Shown: one piece after another, positions 23,427 to 34,142 of the stretch | Layout of the letters: every line of letters starts with the position of its first letter | Numbering within the stretch: position 1 is the stretch's first letter | Assembly (NCBI GenBank): GCA_031763465.1 | Contig: JARFOE010000016.1 | Span: forward strand, 7,438,754-7,472,895 | Origin: Squatina squatina | Lineage: Eukaryota | Length of the DNA stretch: 34,142 nucleotides | Direction of reading: 5' to 3' | The notes under the pieces: generated by a model | What the model was told of the DNA's origin: nothing | The model's database searches: none | Seen by the model: the letters and a program-made list of their open reading frames with translations, nothing else | Position numbers and translations under genes: made by a program

Positions 23427-23963
23427 AGGGAAAGGAGGGAACATGATATACTTAATACTCATCTACAAGGCTTCTTAATATTCAAACAACATCTTTATCT
23501 GTCAATAAGATTGATGTGGTTCAATTGAACTACTTTCACTACAAGTTATAATTTTTCATTCCCTCATTCCCTTTGTTGTTAATTTGCAGTTATCTATTTG
23601 CTTTTGCAAGTAGAACCATGTTGATTTATAGGTCAACAACCAATAATTGAAAGAAAAAGTTGCACGTGTTTAATGTTTAATAAGAACACCTGGCAAGAAC
23701 GTGTTACTTTTCTTGTATTTAAATAGGAGCTAAAATATGCTTGCTGTTCTATATTCTATACTATAGTCTTATGCTGCAGGCATTGAAAAGCCTTTGCTCC
23801 ACCCCTATCTTAGATCACCTCTCTCAGGGTGGAGTGGATTTGTAAAGGTTCAGGTACTCTGATGGTATTTTAGAATACTATGTCCTGTCGCCTTTATAGT
23901 TTCCCTAGTGTCGCATCTCTTTGGGAGAACAGCCACAGCTTTGAGAATCTATTCGTGGCACAC

Positions 23964-24060
23964 GACACTTCAAAAATACTACATTGACTGTGAAGCATTT
24001 GGGTACATCACAAAGTCATGAAAGACACCAGATAAATGCAAGTTATTCCTTCTTTCTTTC
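23964..24060 (+). mobile_element. Decayed DeuSINE 3' tail
   Basis: cacttcaaaatact...tgtgaagcatttggg...tcatgaaag...ataaatgcaagtt...ctttctttc aligns with the tail at 1325-1420. Confidence 0.65.
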
Positions 24061-24802
24061 ACTAAACATTTTAGCTAAAACAGATATGTTCTATAGTTGA
24101 AAGGTCAGGCTTAAAGTACTTTTGTATTACACAGAACTGCTTCAGATAGAAGCAGTTCTGTATGTCTTTACTCTTGGTGCTCTGCAGTGCACACTATTTA
24201 CATTTGGAGAATTTCAGAGCCAACAGATTTATATCACAGCTCTCAGCTCCTGGCTTGCCGGCTTGGGGATGTTTGTACAAGCCAGCAAACTGAAAACTAT
24301 ATTGGGGACCTGCATGGGCAGAACCTAGTCTCAGCCAAAAATGAACAGCAGCTGGCAACAGTGTAATTCACTAGCAGCGGCTGTATATGGAGCTAGCACC
24401 AATGGTGCACGGAAAACACATGTCAGGATCTAACTACATACTGCCGCTGATTGCAGCTCTACTTCATTTACATTATAGCACTGCCATTGAAACTGGGGCT
24501 GCCAGCAATTGCAGCTGTAATAATGTAAATGCAGCATTAGAAGATTGCTTTTCTCATTGCTGACCCTCCAGCTTTAGGATCACTTGTTAAAAAAATCCTC
24601 ATACCCATTAATCATGCCCAGTGTACATTAAGAAGACCTTATCAGTAAACACACTCAACTTCACATACACAAAGAATAAAAGTGATATGCGGCTAAAAGC
24701 GAAGAAAACCTGATCATTAATATTAGGGAAAAGTAACAATGACACAATGCATGGAAAACAAGATTGTGCACCAGAATTTTTTCAAATAAAACAAGCTACA
24801 TG

Positions 24803-24987
24803 GAGGGTGAAATTGGAGATGGGCAGAGACGCAAAGCAGGTGGTATTGCATTGGCCGCCTATTAGACGCAACACCCAATATTCAATTCCATGGGGTTCAA
24901 TAGAATGGAACATCGGGCATGTCGTACAACAGTCAGCAAATCTGGTTCCGCTGGCTTTGTGTGCTGCCAATGCCCAATTTGAGCCCC
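24803..24987. mobile_element. 185-bp fold-back MITE
   Basis: Arms gagggtgaaattgg...cgcaaagc / gctttgtg...ccaatttgagcccc, inner arms cccaatattcaattc / gaatggaacatcggg. Homologous to 29964-30146. Confidence 0.8.
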
Positions 24988-25814
24988 ATAGCCTTTGCAG
25001 ATATTGATTGAAAGATACAGGGTAAATATTTCCAAATTTATTAATCAAGGGCCGAATTAAATCATTTAAAAATTCTACACTTTGTCCTTACTTTTATATA
25101 ACACTTTGATTTATTTGTATTATATATAATTTAATATCAACACTTATGGCAATTTGGAAAGGAGAGAAGTAGAGTTGTTTAGAGCGTATAGGTTTCTCTG
25201 CAGTATACACTGTCTGAAACCCTTTTTTTAATGCTGGGAGATGCAAAATTGAGGTCCGACAGCACTACTGGTGATGGGAGAGTATAATTACAGCATGTCA
25301 AATCTATATAAATTGTAAGTTTGGATGTAGGAATTTAAAAGGAAAAAAGTTGAAACATGACAAAAACATGACAACAGGAAGAAAGCATTGTAGATAAGAA
25401 GTGGTAAGATTTTTAATATTATAACGCTAATAGAAAAAAGTCCAATGTAAACAATTTGGTTTAGAACAAAAATATGTCCTTAGCAAATGATGTGAATGGA
25501 TGGATATTCATGCTTCTGCCAATGTTTACAGCCAAGTGTAATGTGGATTTATCTTACATACAGAATTTGTCTTTTGTATCTGAAATAACCTTGCAGTCAC
25601 CATCAATGAATGATGGTTGAATCCATGGAAATTCCCTCATCATGACTATCCTGAAGGATTGAGGGACATCAGCAATAGAAAAGAAACTAATTCACCCTTC
25701 AAAGCTGAACCAGTAAGAAAATATCTAAAGCGCTTAAACCATCACCTATATAAGTAAAATGGAACCCAATAAACCTTCCCTCAAGGGCCAAGTCCAAGTA
25801 ATAACTGCTAATAA

Positions 25815-25866
25815 TGCACATGTGCATACGTCCATGCATGTACTTATACACACACACATGCACATA
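25815..25866. repeat. Degenerate CA/CATG microsatellite
   Basis: tgcacatgtgcatacgtccatgcatgtacttatacacacacacatgcacata. Confidence 0.5.
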
Positions 25867-27888
25867 CCTTTAGAAAATAACAACTGATATTACAATGGCT
25901 GGCTCTAAGTGTATTAGGTCTGTGTTAAATACTCCTCTGTACTGCACAACAGAAAAGACCCTCATAGCAGATGGAAACTCCTTCCGTAGCACCTAAAGTT
26001 CTTTCTAATTAAATTCTTCCTCTTTTCTTCTGAAGCTGTCCCCGTACCCTATGGTCTCCCCAGCTGAGGAGGTGGACCGGGCAGCTGCTTCGAAATTTTT
26101 CTCCACACTGCCGTATAATTGCCTTGAAGAAGTGTACAAGAGCCCTCCTATTTTTCCCTCCCCTCCCGCCTGTGAGAAAGTACCTGANNNNNNNNNNNNN
26201 NNNNNNNNNNNNNNNNNNNNNNNNNNNNNNNNNNNNNNNNNNNNNNNNNNNNNNNNNNNNNNNNNNNNNNNNNNNNNNNNNNNNNNNTAATTACATGGTT
26301 TAATTGTGTTTCATTCTAAAATGCAAGCTGTAAAGAGATTTGACAACTTGTGTAGTGTGAAGTCTGGAATAAATATTAAATATGCTTTATCCACCATAAT
26401 TATAATAGATTTCCAGCATAATAATGCATTTTAGTCAATACTGGCTGTTGCACATTTTGTGAAGTTGTCAGTATAATCAATAAACTAATATATACTTGCT
26501 GCACTGGTGAAGTGCAAGTTTCTTGGTCAGTATAATGCACATTCATAAGAGATTCAAACTGTCTCTTGTTATCAAGTAAGTGAAATTACCTCTCAGTCTT
26601 GTTTTCGATTTAGAGTTCATTCACAGCATATACAGAATTAGAAATTCAATTTGAATTTAATTTGTCAGCCTTCACCTCCTAACCAGTTTTTAAATGAACA
26701 GGCATATTCCAAGATATTTGAAACCCTGTTCACAATAGGGATACACATTTCTGTACATGTTGTTTCACTTTCCAGTGTATTTAGCATTCTTCTGGAACCA
26801 TCTTTATCGCCTTTTGTGTTGGTGATTTTACAAGGTAATTTTTGTGGCATATATCTTGTTCTCTTGTAGTTTAACGGCCTGTGTCCATCATGCTCCCTAC
26901 TGGTCTAATGGTGAGTATCTGGGGCCCTGGCTCTCTGTATGCATCTGACTCTCCCAAACAGTTGTGCACTTGTATATTTTCAGTGNNNNNNNNNNNNNNN
27001 NNNNNNNNNNNNNNNNNNNNNNNNNNNNNNNNNNNNNNNNNNNNNNNNNNNNNNNNNNNNNNNNNNNNNNNNNNNNNNNNNNNNNCCCTGGAGTTCGACA
27101 CTATGATACAATTTTTACATCTATCATTAATGGTTTCTCTCTGATCTGGCATCATTGTGGCACTATACACTCAAGAAAACAAGTTGTCATGGAGTTGATA
27201 TGGTTCCTCTCATCAGCGGGTGTACGTTGCTGACTGAATATATTAAATTCTGTTTCAGAAGAGGTATCACAGAGAAGCAAGTTGAAATAGGAAATAACAT
27301 CCAATACACTTGGAAAACAAATGCTTTATTTCTATAGAAGATGTGGTTCAATTCTGCAATCAATTACAGCCATTTATATAACTCCCATATGGTTCAGTTC
27401 CATCAAGCACTAATAGCATGCTGGCTTTGCTCAATATACTCTGTCTGACCAGTGTACAGTGGTATGAAGAACCTCACAAAAATCACTCCTGGCATTCACA
27501 TGGGATGTTACAAAGAACCCATTCCAGCCTTTCCAGATGTAAAGCAGCAGGGTTATAACCAAAAGATACTGATGTGCATTGACAGTACCAGTTACTTGAC
27601 GTGGTCATTGTAATCCATGGGTTTCTCTCTTTGTATTCAAGAGAGCTGTACATATGTCTGATTACTTTGTATTATTAGTATGGAGTATGGTCCACAGTAA
27701 ATTAAACTGTTTACTCTTACAATGGTTGCTCATTTTTACTAGGAGATTAAAAAAGTAATTACCCTTAACTTGAAGCTTGCAGGAAGCTNNNNNNNNNNNN
27801 NNNNNNNNNNNNNNNNNNNNNNNNNNNNNNNNNNNNNNNNNNNNNNNNNNNNNNNNNNNNNNNNNNNNNNNNNNNNNNNNNNNNNNNN

Positions 27889-28499
27889 GAGCAGGACCTG
27901 CTGCTAGAAGAGGCAGGAGAAGGAGGAGGACGAGGAGGAGGGGGAGAAGGACTCTCAGCAGGAGACCGTATCAATCCAGGATCCTCAGGGAGCAATTCTC
28001 CTACCTCAGTCTCAGCGAGAAACAGTGCATATGATGTCTCCTGAGGCGGGCTGAATATATTTCATTCTTTTTTGCCAGAAAGAAGCAGGCGGAACGAGCA
28101 CATGGCTTTGTTAGGATAGCAGGCTTTCTCATGGTGCAGGGTGCTATTGACTGCACGCACCTCCCTTTGCTGGCACTGCATCTCAATTCAGAGATGTAGT
28201 GGAAACTGAAGGGATTCCACTCCTTCAATGTCCAGCTGGTGTGCAACCATACTCAGATTATCATGCACAATGCTTGGTATCCTGGCAGCAGTTATGATGC
28301 CTTTATTCTACGGCAGTCAGCTGTACCATCAGCATTTGAACTACCACAACAAGGGCTATCCGCTGACCACCTGGCTCACGACTCCGCTGTGCAAGCCACG
28401 CACACATGGACAGCATTCATACAATGAAAGCCACGCTGCCACGCGGAATCTGATAGACCAGAACATTGGCATCCTTAAACTAGGCCTCTGCTGTACTCA
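27889..28499 (+). pseudogene. Harbinger (HARBI1-like) DDE transposase pseudogene with internal deletions
   Basis: RRGRR...REQFSYLSLSEKQC, then [35 protein letters not shown] and [11 protein letters not shown]...[20 protein letters not shown], with stops and frameshifts. Confidence 0.9.
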
Positions 28500-28599
28500 N
28501 NNNNNNNNNNNNNNNNNNNNNNNNNNNNNNNNNNNNNNNNNNNNNNNNNNNNNNNNNNNNNNNNNNNNNNNNNNNNNNNNNNNNNNNNNNNNNNNNNNN

Positions 28600-29395
28600 G
28601 ATGAAAGCGTCGTGAGTGCTGCCAGGGTACCTTGTATCAACGGCCATGAACTTTTTGGTGTGGTCGAATATGAGTTGCACGTTCAAAGAGTAGAAGCTCT
28701 TTCGATTTTGGAAGACCTCTGGATGACGCAAAGGCGCAAGGAGGGCAACGTGCATAATACCAGTGGCACCCTGGGCCCTGGGGAAGTTGGTAATACTCGT
28801 TGGTAAAGCCCACAGATCTCTCGTATTGAGCCTGGCGGCTATACGGGAATGAGATGTACTGGCGTCTTCTCTGGTACAGTGCGGTGGTGACCTGTCTAAT
28901 ACAAAAGTGGGCAGCGTAATGAGAGATGTTGCAAATGTCAGCCGTTGCAGTTTGAAAAGTCCCATTTGCATAAAAATTGAGCGCCACTGTGACTTTCACT
29001 GCCACAAAGAGAGCAGTGGAAGCCCTGGTGTGAGGCTGGAGGTCAGCCTGCAGGAATTGGCACAGGTCAGGTAAGACTTCCTTTTTAAAAAGCAGCCTAC
29101 GAAGCCATTGTTCATCGGTCATGTGGAGGTAGCTGAAGTGGCATCTGTGGACTCTGTGGGCATATCTCCTCCAAGGTCCTCTTGGCCTCCACCCTCTCAG
29201 AGGACGCTGGTCTGGGATGTGGCACCAGTGGTGCAGGTGGCTCTGGCATGTCTGGCATGTTGTTGGGCATGCTGATCCTCAGGGGCTGCTGCTGCCTCAT
29301 CCCTAGCCCCATTTGCCTGTGCCCTCCTGGCTCTCTAAGATGTCTTCTGTGCCTGAAGTACCTCATGTGATTCCAATCCACCGCTAGTGCAGCAT
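28600..29395 (-). pseudogene. Harbinger transposase pseudogene
   Basis: MTDEQWLRRLLFKKEV...VAVKVTVALNFYANGTFQ...YISFP, a frameshift, then FPRAQGATGIMHV (catalytic D lost)...NRKSFYSLNVQ...RYPGSTHDAFI. Confidence 0.9.
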
Positions 29396-29878
29396 GGCGA
29401 GTGGCTCCGAATTTTTCAGTTTCAAAAATATTGACGAAACGCCTATTCAAAGTCTGCACAGTCTCAATATGAGCCGGAAAAGTGTGAAATCCCGCGATAT
29501 CAGCATCAGCGAGCCGAGATACAAACTCAAAATGGAGCCCACTTCCAGGCCTTTAAATAGCGCTACAAAACATAAGATTGAGGGTATCAACGCCCCCAAA
29601 AAATGGACATTGACACCGCTATTTTTAAGGGGCAGTAGCCTCATCGAATTTGTCAGCGGGTGGCCATTTTGGACGTTGCACCTACTGATGACATCATTGA
29701 CTGGCATCTAGTGCTGGACGCTGAGTTTCCAGCGCAAGAGTTGTAATGCCCATTTAGCGCCAGCGTTAACAGGAGACGAATTTCCCATCGTTAAATTTAG
29801 CGCCCAAAATCGGCATTAGGCCATTAACGCCAATCTAACGTTAATTTAACGCCAAAAAAATGGGTGAATTGGCTGCTC
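28600..29878 (-). mobile_element. PIF/Harbinger DNA transposon, 5' part (same family as 5445-6330)
   Basis: Leader and transposase are colinear with the 5445 copy. The terminus reads gagcagccaatt on the minus strand. Confidence 0.88.
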
Positions 29879-29963
29879 TTAGTCTCTAATTGACTTCAGA
29901 ATGAGTCCATTTGGATAACCTTCCATATGAGTTATCTAAGCAATGGTCTTAGAGGGACAGACC

Positions 29964-30146
29964 AGGATAGCAATTTGTTTTAGGTGGTCGCGCAAAATGG
30001 GCGGTATCACGTCGTCATTGTTAAATGCCCTGCCTGATTTTCAATGCCCTTGACGGCAATGCTCTGAATATTCGGTGGGGCGTATAACGGGTGGCCAATG
30101 CAGTACGACCTATTGTGCACTACCACCTAGGACAAGCTTCTACCCC
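29964..30146. mobile_element. 183-bp fold-back MITE with a 3-bp TSD
   Basis: ~43-bp imperfect arms aggatagcaatttgttttaggtggt... / ...accacctaggacaagcttctacccc, with acc on both flanks. Confidence 0.8.
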
Positions 30147-31232
30147 ACCATGCTAGACACAGCTCCACCTTAGCAGCTGAACGTTAGAATCATGCTCCAG
30201 GTAACTGCCCCACCTCCAAGTACCTGTGAGCAATGCCACTGAAGATCAGCTGTACTCTATACATTCAATTGAAGTTCAGAAGGGTGAAATAGTAGCCAGA
30301 TTTCTGTAATTTTGCTCACTTGATGAAGAAAGTAGGCATGAATGAAACTTGCTTTCACTGGCTATTGCCATTCACATTCATAGCAATAAGTACATTTATC
30401 TATCTTCACATTCAACAACATTTTATTCTTTCAGTTGCAACAACAGACAACCACACCAGTTTGCCATCTACAGTCTGTCAGAAGAAAGTATTAACTTGAC
30501 CCCTTTTTTCTGGAGCAAACATAAGGATGACAAATGCCTCTCACATGACAAAAAGCCCTGTCACTGGTGTCTTCTTTCTGGCTGAACATCTGTGCTGCAT
30601 TTTTATATTCCTTCTCCAGCAATCGGAAATGCCACTAATTTTACTCTGTAATATAATGACAGGAGGTGTGCTTGAGGCAAAGCAAGAAGGAAAATGTCAC
30701 TTCTTGCTCCTCCCAAGGTGAAGCACTTTTCTATCTTGTGGTGTTCCACTTACAGTGGGTTCAAATTATCTTGTAAAAACAGTCTGATTTTTGGAAATGC
30801 TTTTGGTTGAGTTGAAATGCATTTTGAGTGCCTCTAGAGGCACTTAAATAGTACTGTAATGGGTTGCCTTCACCTAGTATCTATCTACAAAAGTGCAGTG
30901 AAGCAAGAATTGTCAAAATAAATGTGCCTCCAAATAGTGATGTAATTACATTTCAATTTGACTGTTAAAGCACTTTAAAGTGTTTGAAGTATCAAGACTG
31001 ATTCAGGGTGTTCAATATAACCAGTGTAATTATAAACAAAGCATTTAATCACAGGTTACAGTTTTAACACACATGATAATGAGAAGAGATTAACCAAAAG
31101 ATTGGAACCAAAACACCATCTGCCACCAGGAGATCTCCCTGTCATTTTCCTGCTGAAAGCGTTGACTCTTGCTGGGGTATGGGTGATGGTCTCCCTCCAG
31201 TACCACTCCCAAGTGCCTATTCTTTACTGCCC

Positions 31233-31450
31233 AAAAAGAAAGACTTGCATTTATATAGTGACTTTCATGACCACCGGATGTCCCAAAGCGCATTACAGCC
31301 AATGAAATACTTTTTGAAGTGTAGGTACTGTTGTAATGTAGGAAATGTGGCAGCAATTTGCACACAGCAAGCTCCCGCAAACAGCAGTGTGTTAATGACC
31401 AGATAATCCGTTTTAATGATGTTGATTGAAGGATAAATATTGGCCAGACA
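31233..31450 (-). mobile_element. DeuSINE (SacSINE1-like) 3' half
   Basis: Reverse complement aligns throughout with 1198-1420. Confidence 0.8.
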
Positions 31451-31586
31451 ATGAATGGCAGGTGTCTATTCAGCATCAGGGCCATGNNNNNNNNNNNNNN
31501 NNNNNNNNNNNNNNNNNNNNNNNNNNNNNNNNNNNNNNNNNNNNNNNNNNNNNNNNNNNNNNNNNNNNNNNNNNNNNNNNNNNNNN

Positions 31587-31991
31587 TAATGTGCAGTCAC
31601 ACGTTCGACGCCGGCCTCACTGGGGTAACCTTGCGCCACACAGAAGAGGGCTGAGAAGGTAAGTACATTTTTTATTGTTTCCTTGTGGGCCAGGAGGAGT
31701 AGGAGTGCTCCATTGCCCTGGGATTGCCCCCTCTCTTGGCCATGATCACTGGGTGGCTCCCACCCTGCCCAACCCACTCCCCCAAACCTCCTTACCTGAC
31801 ATACTGGGGACATTTTCTTTGGGTCCCTGGAGCCAGTGTGCTGCCATGTGATTTTCCGTTCCTGCCTGCCAACATCCATAATCAGTTCTGGGATATTATA
31901 ATGAGGCCTCATGTCAGCACAGCTCTATGAGCTTGTCATTCGCCATGCCCCACCTGCACACCACACTCGTGCCCTAAGTTAAAATCAGGGC
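31587..31991. mobile_element. Non-autonomous DNA element end, emerging from a gap
   Basis: GC-richer block ending gttaaaatcagggc, the terminal motif type seen at 1053-1108. Confidence 0.5.
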
Positions 31992-32899
31992 TTCAGTCAC
32001 ATTGAAGATGGCATTCTGTCAAGATGAACCATGTCAGCCATAGTACCAATCCACTGAGACAGCGTTGTTCTACTTACAGTCAGTCAGAATCAGTCAGCAT
32101 ATTTCTTATCATAGCTGATATAGGCAATATATCCAGAAAGATAAAGGTATGGATGTCCAGGTTATTATGCCAGTAGAAGCCTAAAGAGACTGAGTTTAAG
32201 TCTAATTGGGTTTGACTTGCATAACCTGTTGTACAGTTGATTGCTTTCCACAAGGGAATCATTATTGGACAGGTCCAAAACACNNNNNNNNNNNNNNNNN
32301 NNNNNNNNNNNNNNNNNNNNNNNNNNNNNNNNNNNNNNNNNNNNNNNNNNNNNNNNNNNNNNNNNNNNNNNNNNNNNNNNNNNTGGAAGAACATCTCACA
32401 TTGTGTGACACATCTGGGACAGGGGGGGACATTTTACTCAAGATAACAGATGTATAATAAAATCTGTAAAATAACTCAAATTGGATTTCCATCTGCTCAA
32501 TATAAGTTGAAGTATTATGGACACAAAGCTGCATTTCCTCCAATCCTTGTTTTCAATCATGACAGTTCTGCTTTTCTCCCATGTTCCTCTCAGGGAGTTG
32601 TTTAATAGGGTCAGTACTTGATTTGAAGACAGAAAGTGACAAGAAATATGCCACAGATCCATATTGTATTTTTGTATCATTCGTTAGAATAAGTTTATCA
32701 GTGAGATGAGACAGTGTAGGGAGGCAAGGAAATTCACAATTTGATAAAAAGAGAAGTTAAAGCTCTTAATGATAATTTTAAACTTGTGAATGATTGAAAG
32801 CTGACAGTTTGACAGGATAATGTCATGCTACCTCCCCTTCTTCGAATTTAATGTGACCTAATCAGTGCCAAAGAATTGAGATTCTCTCTCAGAATGCAA

Positions 32900-33143
32900 A
32901 GGGGCGAAATTGCGTGCCGCCCCGCTTGGGGGCGGTAACAACAGCGCCTGGCGCGGAGGTCCCGCCCCGGCTGCTAAATTGGGCTTACAGTCCACGAGAC
33001 GAAGTGGAGCGCAAATTCTTGGTGCTCCACTTCCTCTCGGGGGCGGGACTGGGGCTCTAACATTCTGGAATTTTTCAGCGCTACGCGGAGTGGTGCATAA
33101 CGCTGGCGGGAGCACAGGGCCCTCCCCTTCCGTTAAAGGGGAG
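32900..33143 (+). mobile_element. Young CpG-rich Harbinger-type element end, runs into a gap
   Basis: Abrupt start aggggcgaaatt, many intact CpGs, and gcgcta/tagcgc-type submotifs like those in the Harbinger leaders. Confidence 0.65.
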
Positions 33144-33251
33144 NNNNNNNNNNNNNNNNNNNNNNNNNNNNNNNNNNNNNNNNNNNNNNNNNNNNNNNNN
33201 NNNNNNNNNNNNNNNNNNNNNNNNNNNNNNNNNNNNNNNNNNNCTTCACAG

Positions 33252-33290
33252 GTGACCAATTTTCTCCACTCAGCTTGGTATGCAGCATGA
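33252..33290 (+). CDS. Candidate terminal coding exon of the TAFA1-like gene (VTNFLHSAWYAA*)
   Basis: cttcacag|GTG ACC is a good acceptor, with the upstream tract hidden by the gap. Phase 0 fits the donor at 16186. It begins V-T like the recalled TAFA2/3/4 ends (VTH/VTR) and is followed by AT-rich sequence with no recognisable repeats. Confidence 0.45.
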   Translation: MTNFLHSAWYAA

Positions 33291-34142
33291 ACAATTCAAT
33301 ACTTTTTTTTATTTTCATTCATTTTAACAAGGGCAATGGAACAATTTATCAATTCCCTTGTCCAATTAATTCAATAACCTTTTCTCATGATGAAATGCCT
33401 GCCTGCCTGTATATGTCTGTGTTTAACAGTTTTGTCCCTTGTAGGAGAGCACTAATACCGGAGTTGTTGAGACTTTGTCACACTCCAATGAATAATTTTA
33501 ATGCTTTATTGAAGACTCACGGAGCCACCTTCAGCATCAGCCCACTGATTAATTGGACTTTTACCATGCCTCTGGGTGGAATCTCACTCTGCTGTTTCTC
33601 ATGGCATAGCACAGACAGTGAAACACCTGTGGTACAAAAGCATGTAAAGGTAAGTTTGAGTTGTGACTTTCCATGTGACAGAGACTTCAGTATAAAAATG
33701 CAATTCATATAAATTTATGATGTAAGGTGGCAAAATCAATAATGATCTAAGTTACAATAATTTGACACTAAAGCATTCAGTATTAAGACCATCACTGTTA
33801 TTTATTACCAATAACAGCTTGTTGTACAACATATTAACGAGGTCCAAGATATGAATCTTGAAAATGTGGAACATAACTATAAGACTCAGTACTTATAAAG
33901 GCATTGAGACGAATTGTGTCAGTTACCATGAGCTGTGTCTCCATTAGTTTGTTCCTTTCTCCAGAAAACTATTGCAGAAAATAGTGATCATTCATAAGGT
34001 CAACTCCAGCTCTCCCTCACGTGTAGAAAATATATTTTGCAGTAGAAGGATGTAAAACATGGCTCAAGCATGAATAATAGCCACTTGGGCCAGGCATCAA
34101 AGGGTGCTTGATGCCCAAGGCACCATATTCCAACAGGGTCAG

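Noticed and set aside
28600-29395. Domesticated HARBI1 host gene
   Set aside because: Frameshifts, loss of a catalytic Asp and multiple related copies indicate dead transposons.
32900-33143. CpG island or promoter
   Set aside because: The sharp transposon-like terminus and repeat submotifs fit a young element better.

Overview
AT-rich eukaryotic, intron-dominated DNA from a fragmented assembly with many 100-N gaps. It is most likely a cartilaginous fish, judging by DeuSINE/SacSINE1-like SINEs and CR1/HER1-type tails. One host gene is recognisable on the + strand: a TAFA1 (FAM19A1)-like secreted neurokine. It has a clear 125-nt coding exon at 16062-16186. The last 13 nt of the preceding exon probably emerge from a gap at 8365-8377 and end in a non-canonical GC donor. 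A candidate terminal exon at 33252-33290 would give an unusually long C-terminus. The rest is transposon debris: three decayed PIF/Harbinger transposases, non-autonomous TIR elements and ~180-bp fold-back MITEs, RTE LINE 5' ends, CR1 and L2 fragments, DeuSINEs and a Penelope-type terminus with a decayed hammerhead core. I found no convincing novel multi-gene system. The best leads are the GC-AG intron, the candidate extended TAFA C-terminus, a putative pseudoknot in the RTE 5' UTR, and the shared termini linking the Harbinger relics to the MITEs. All family assignments come from recalled motifs, not database searches.
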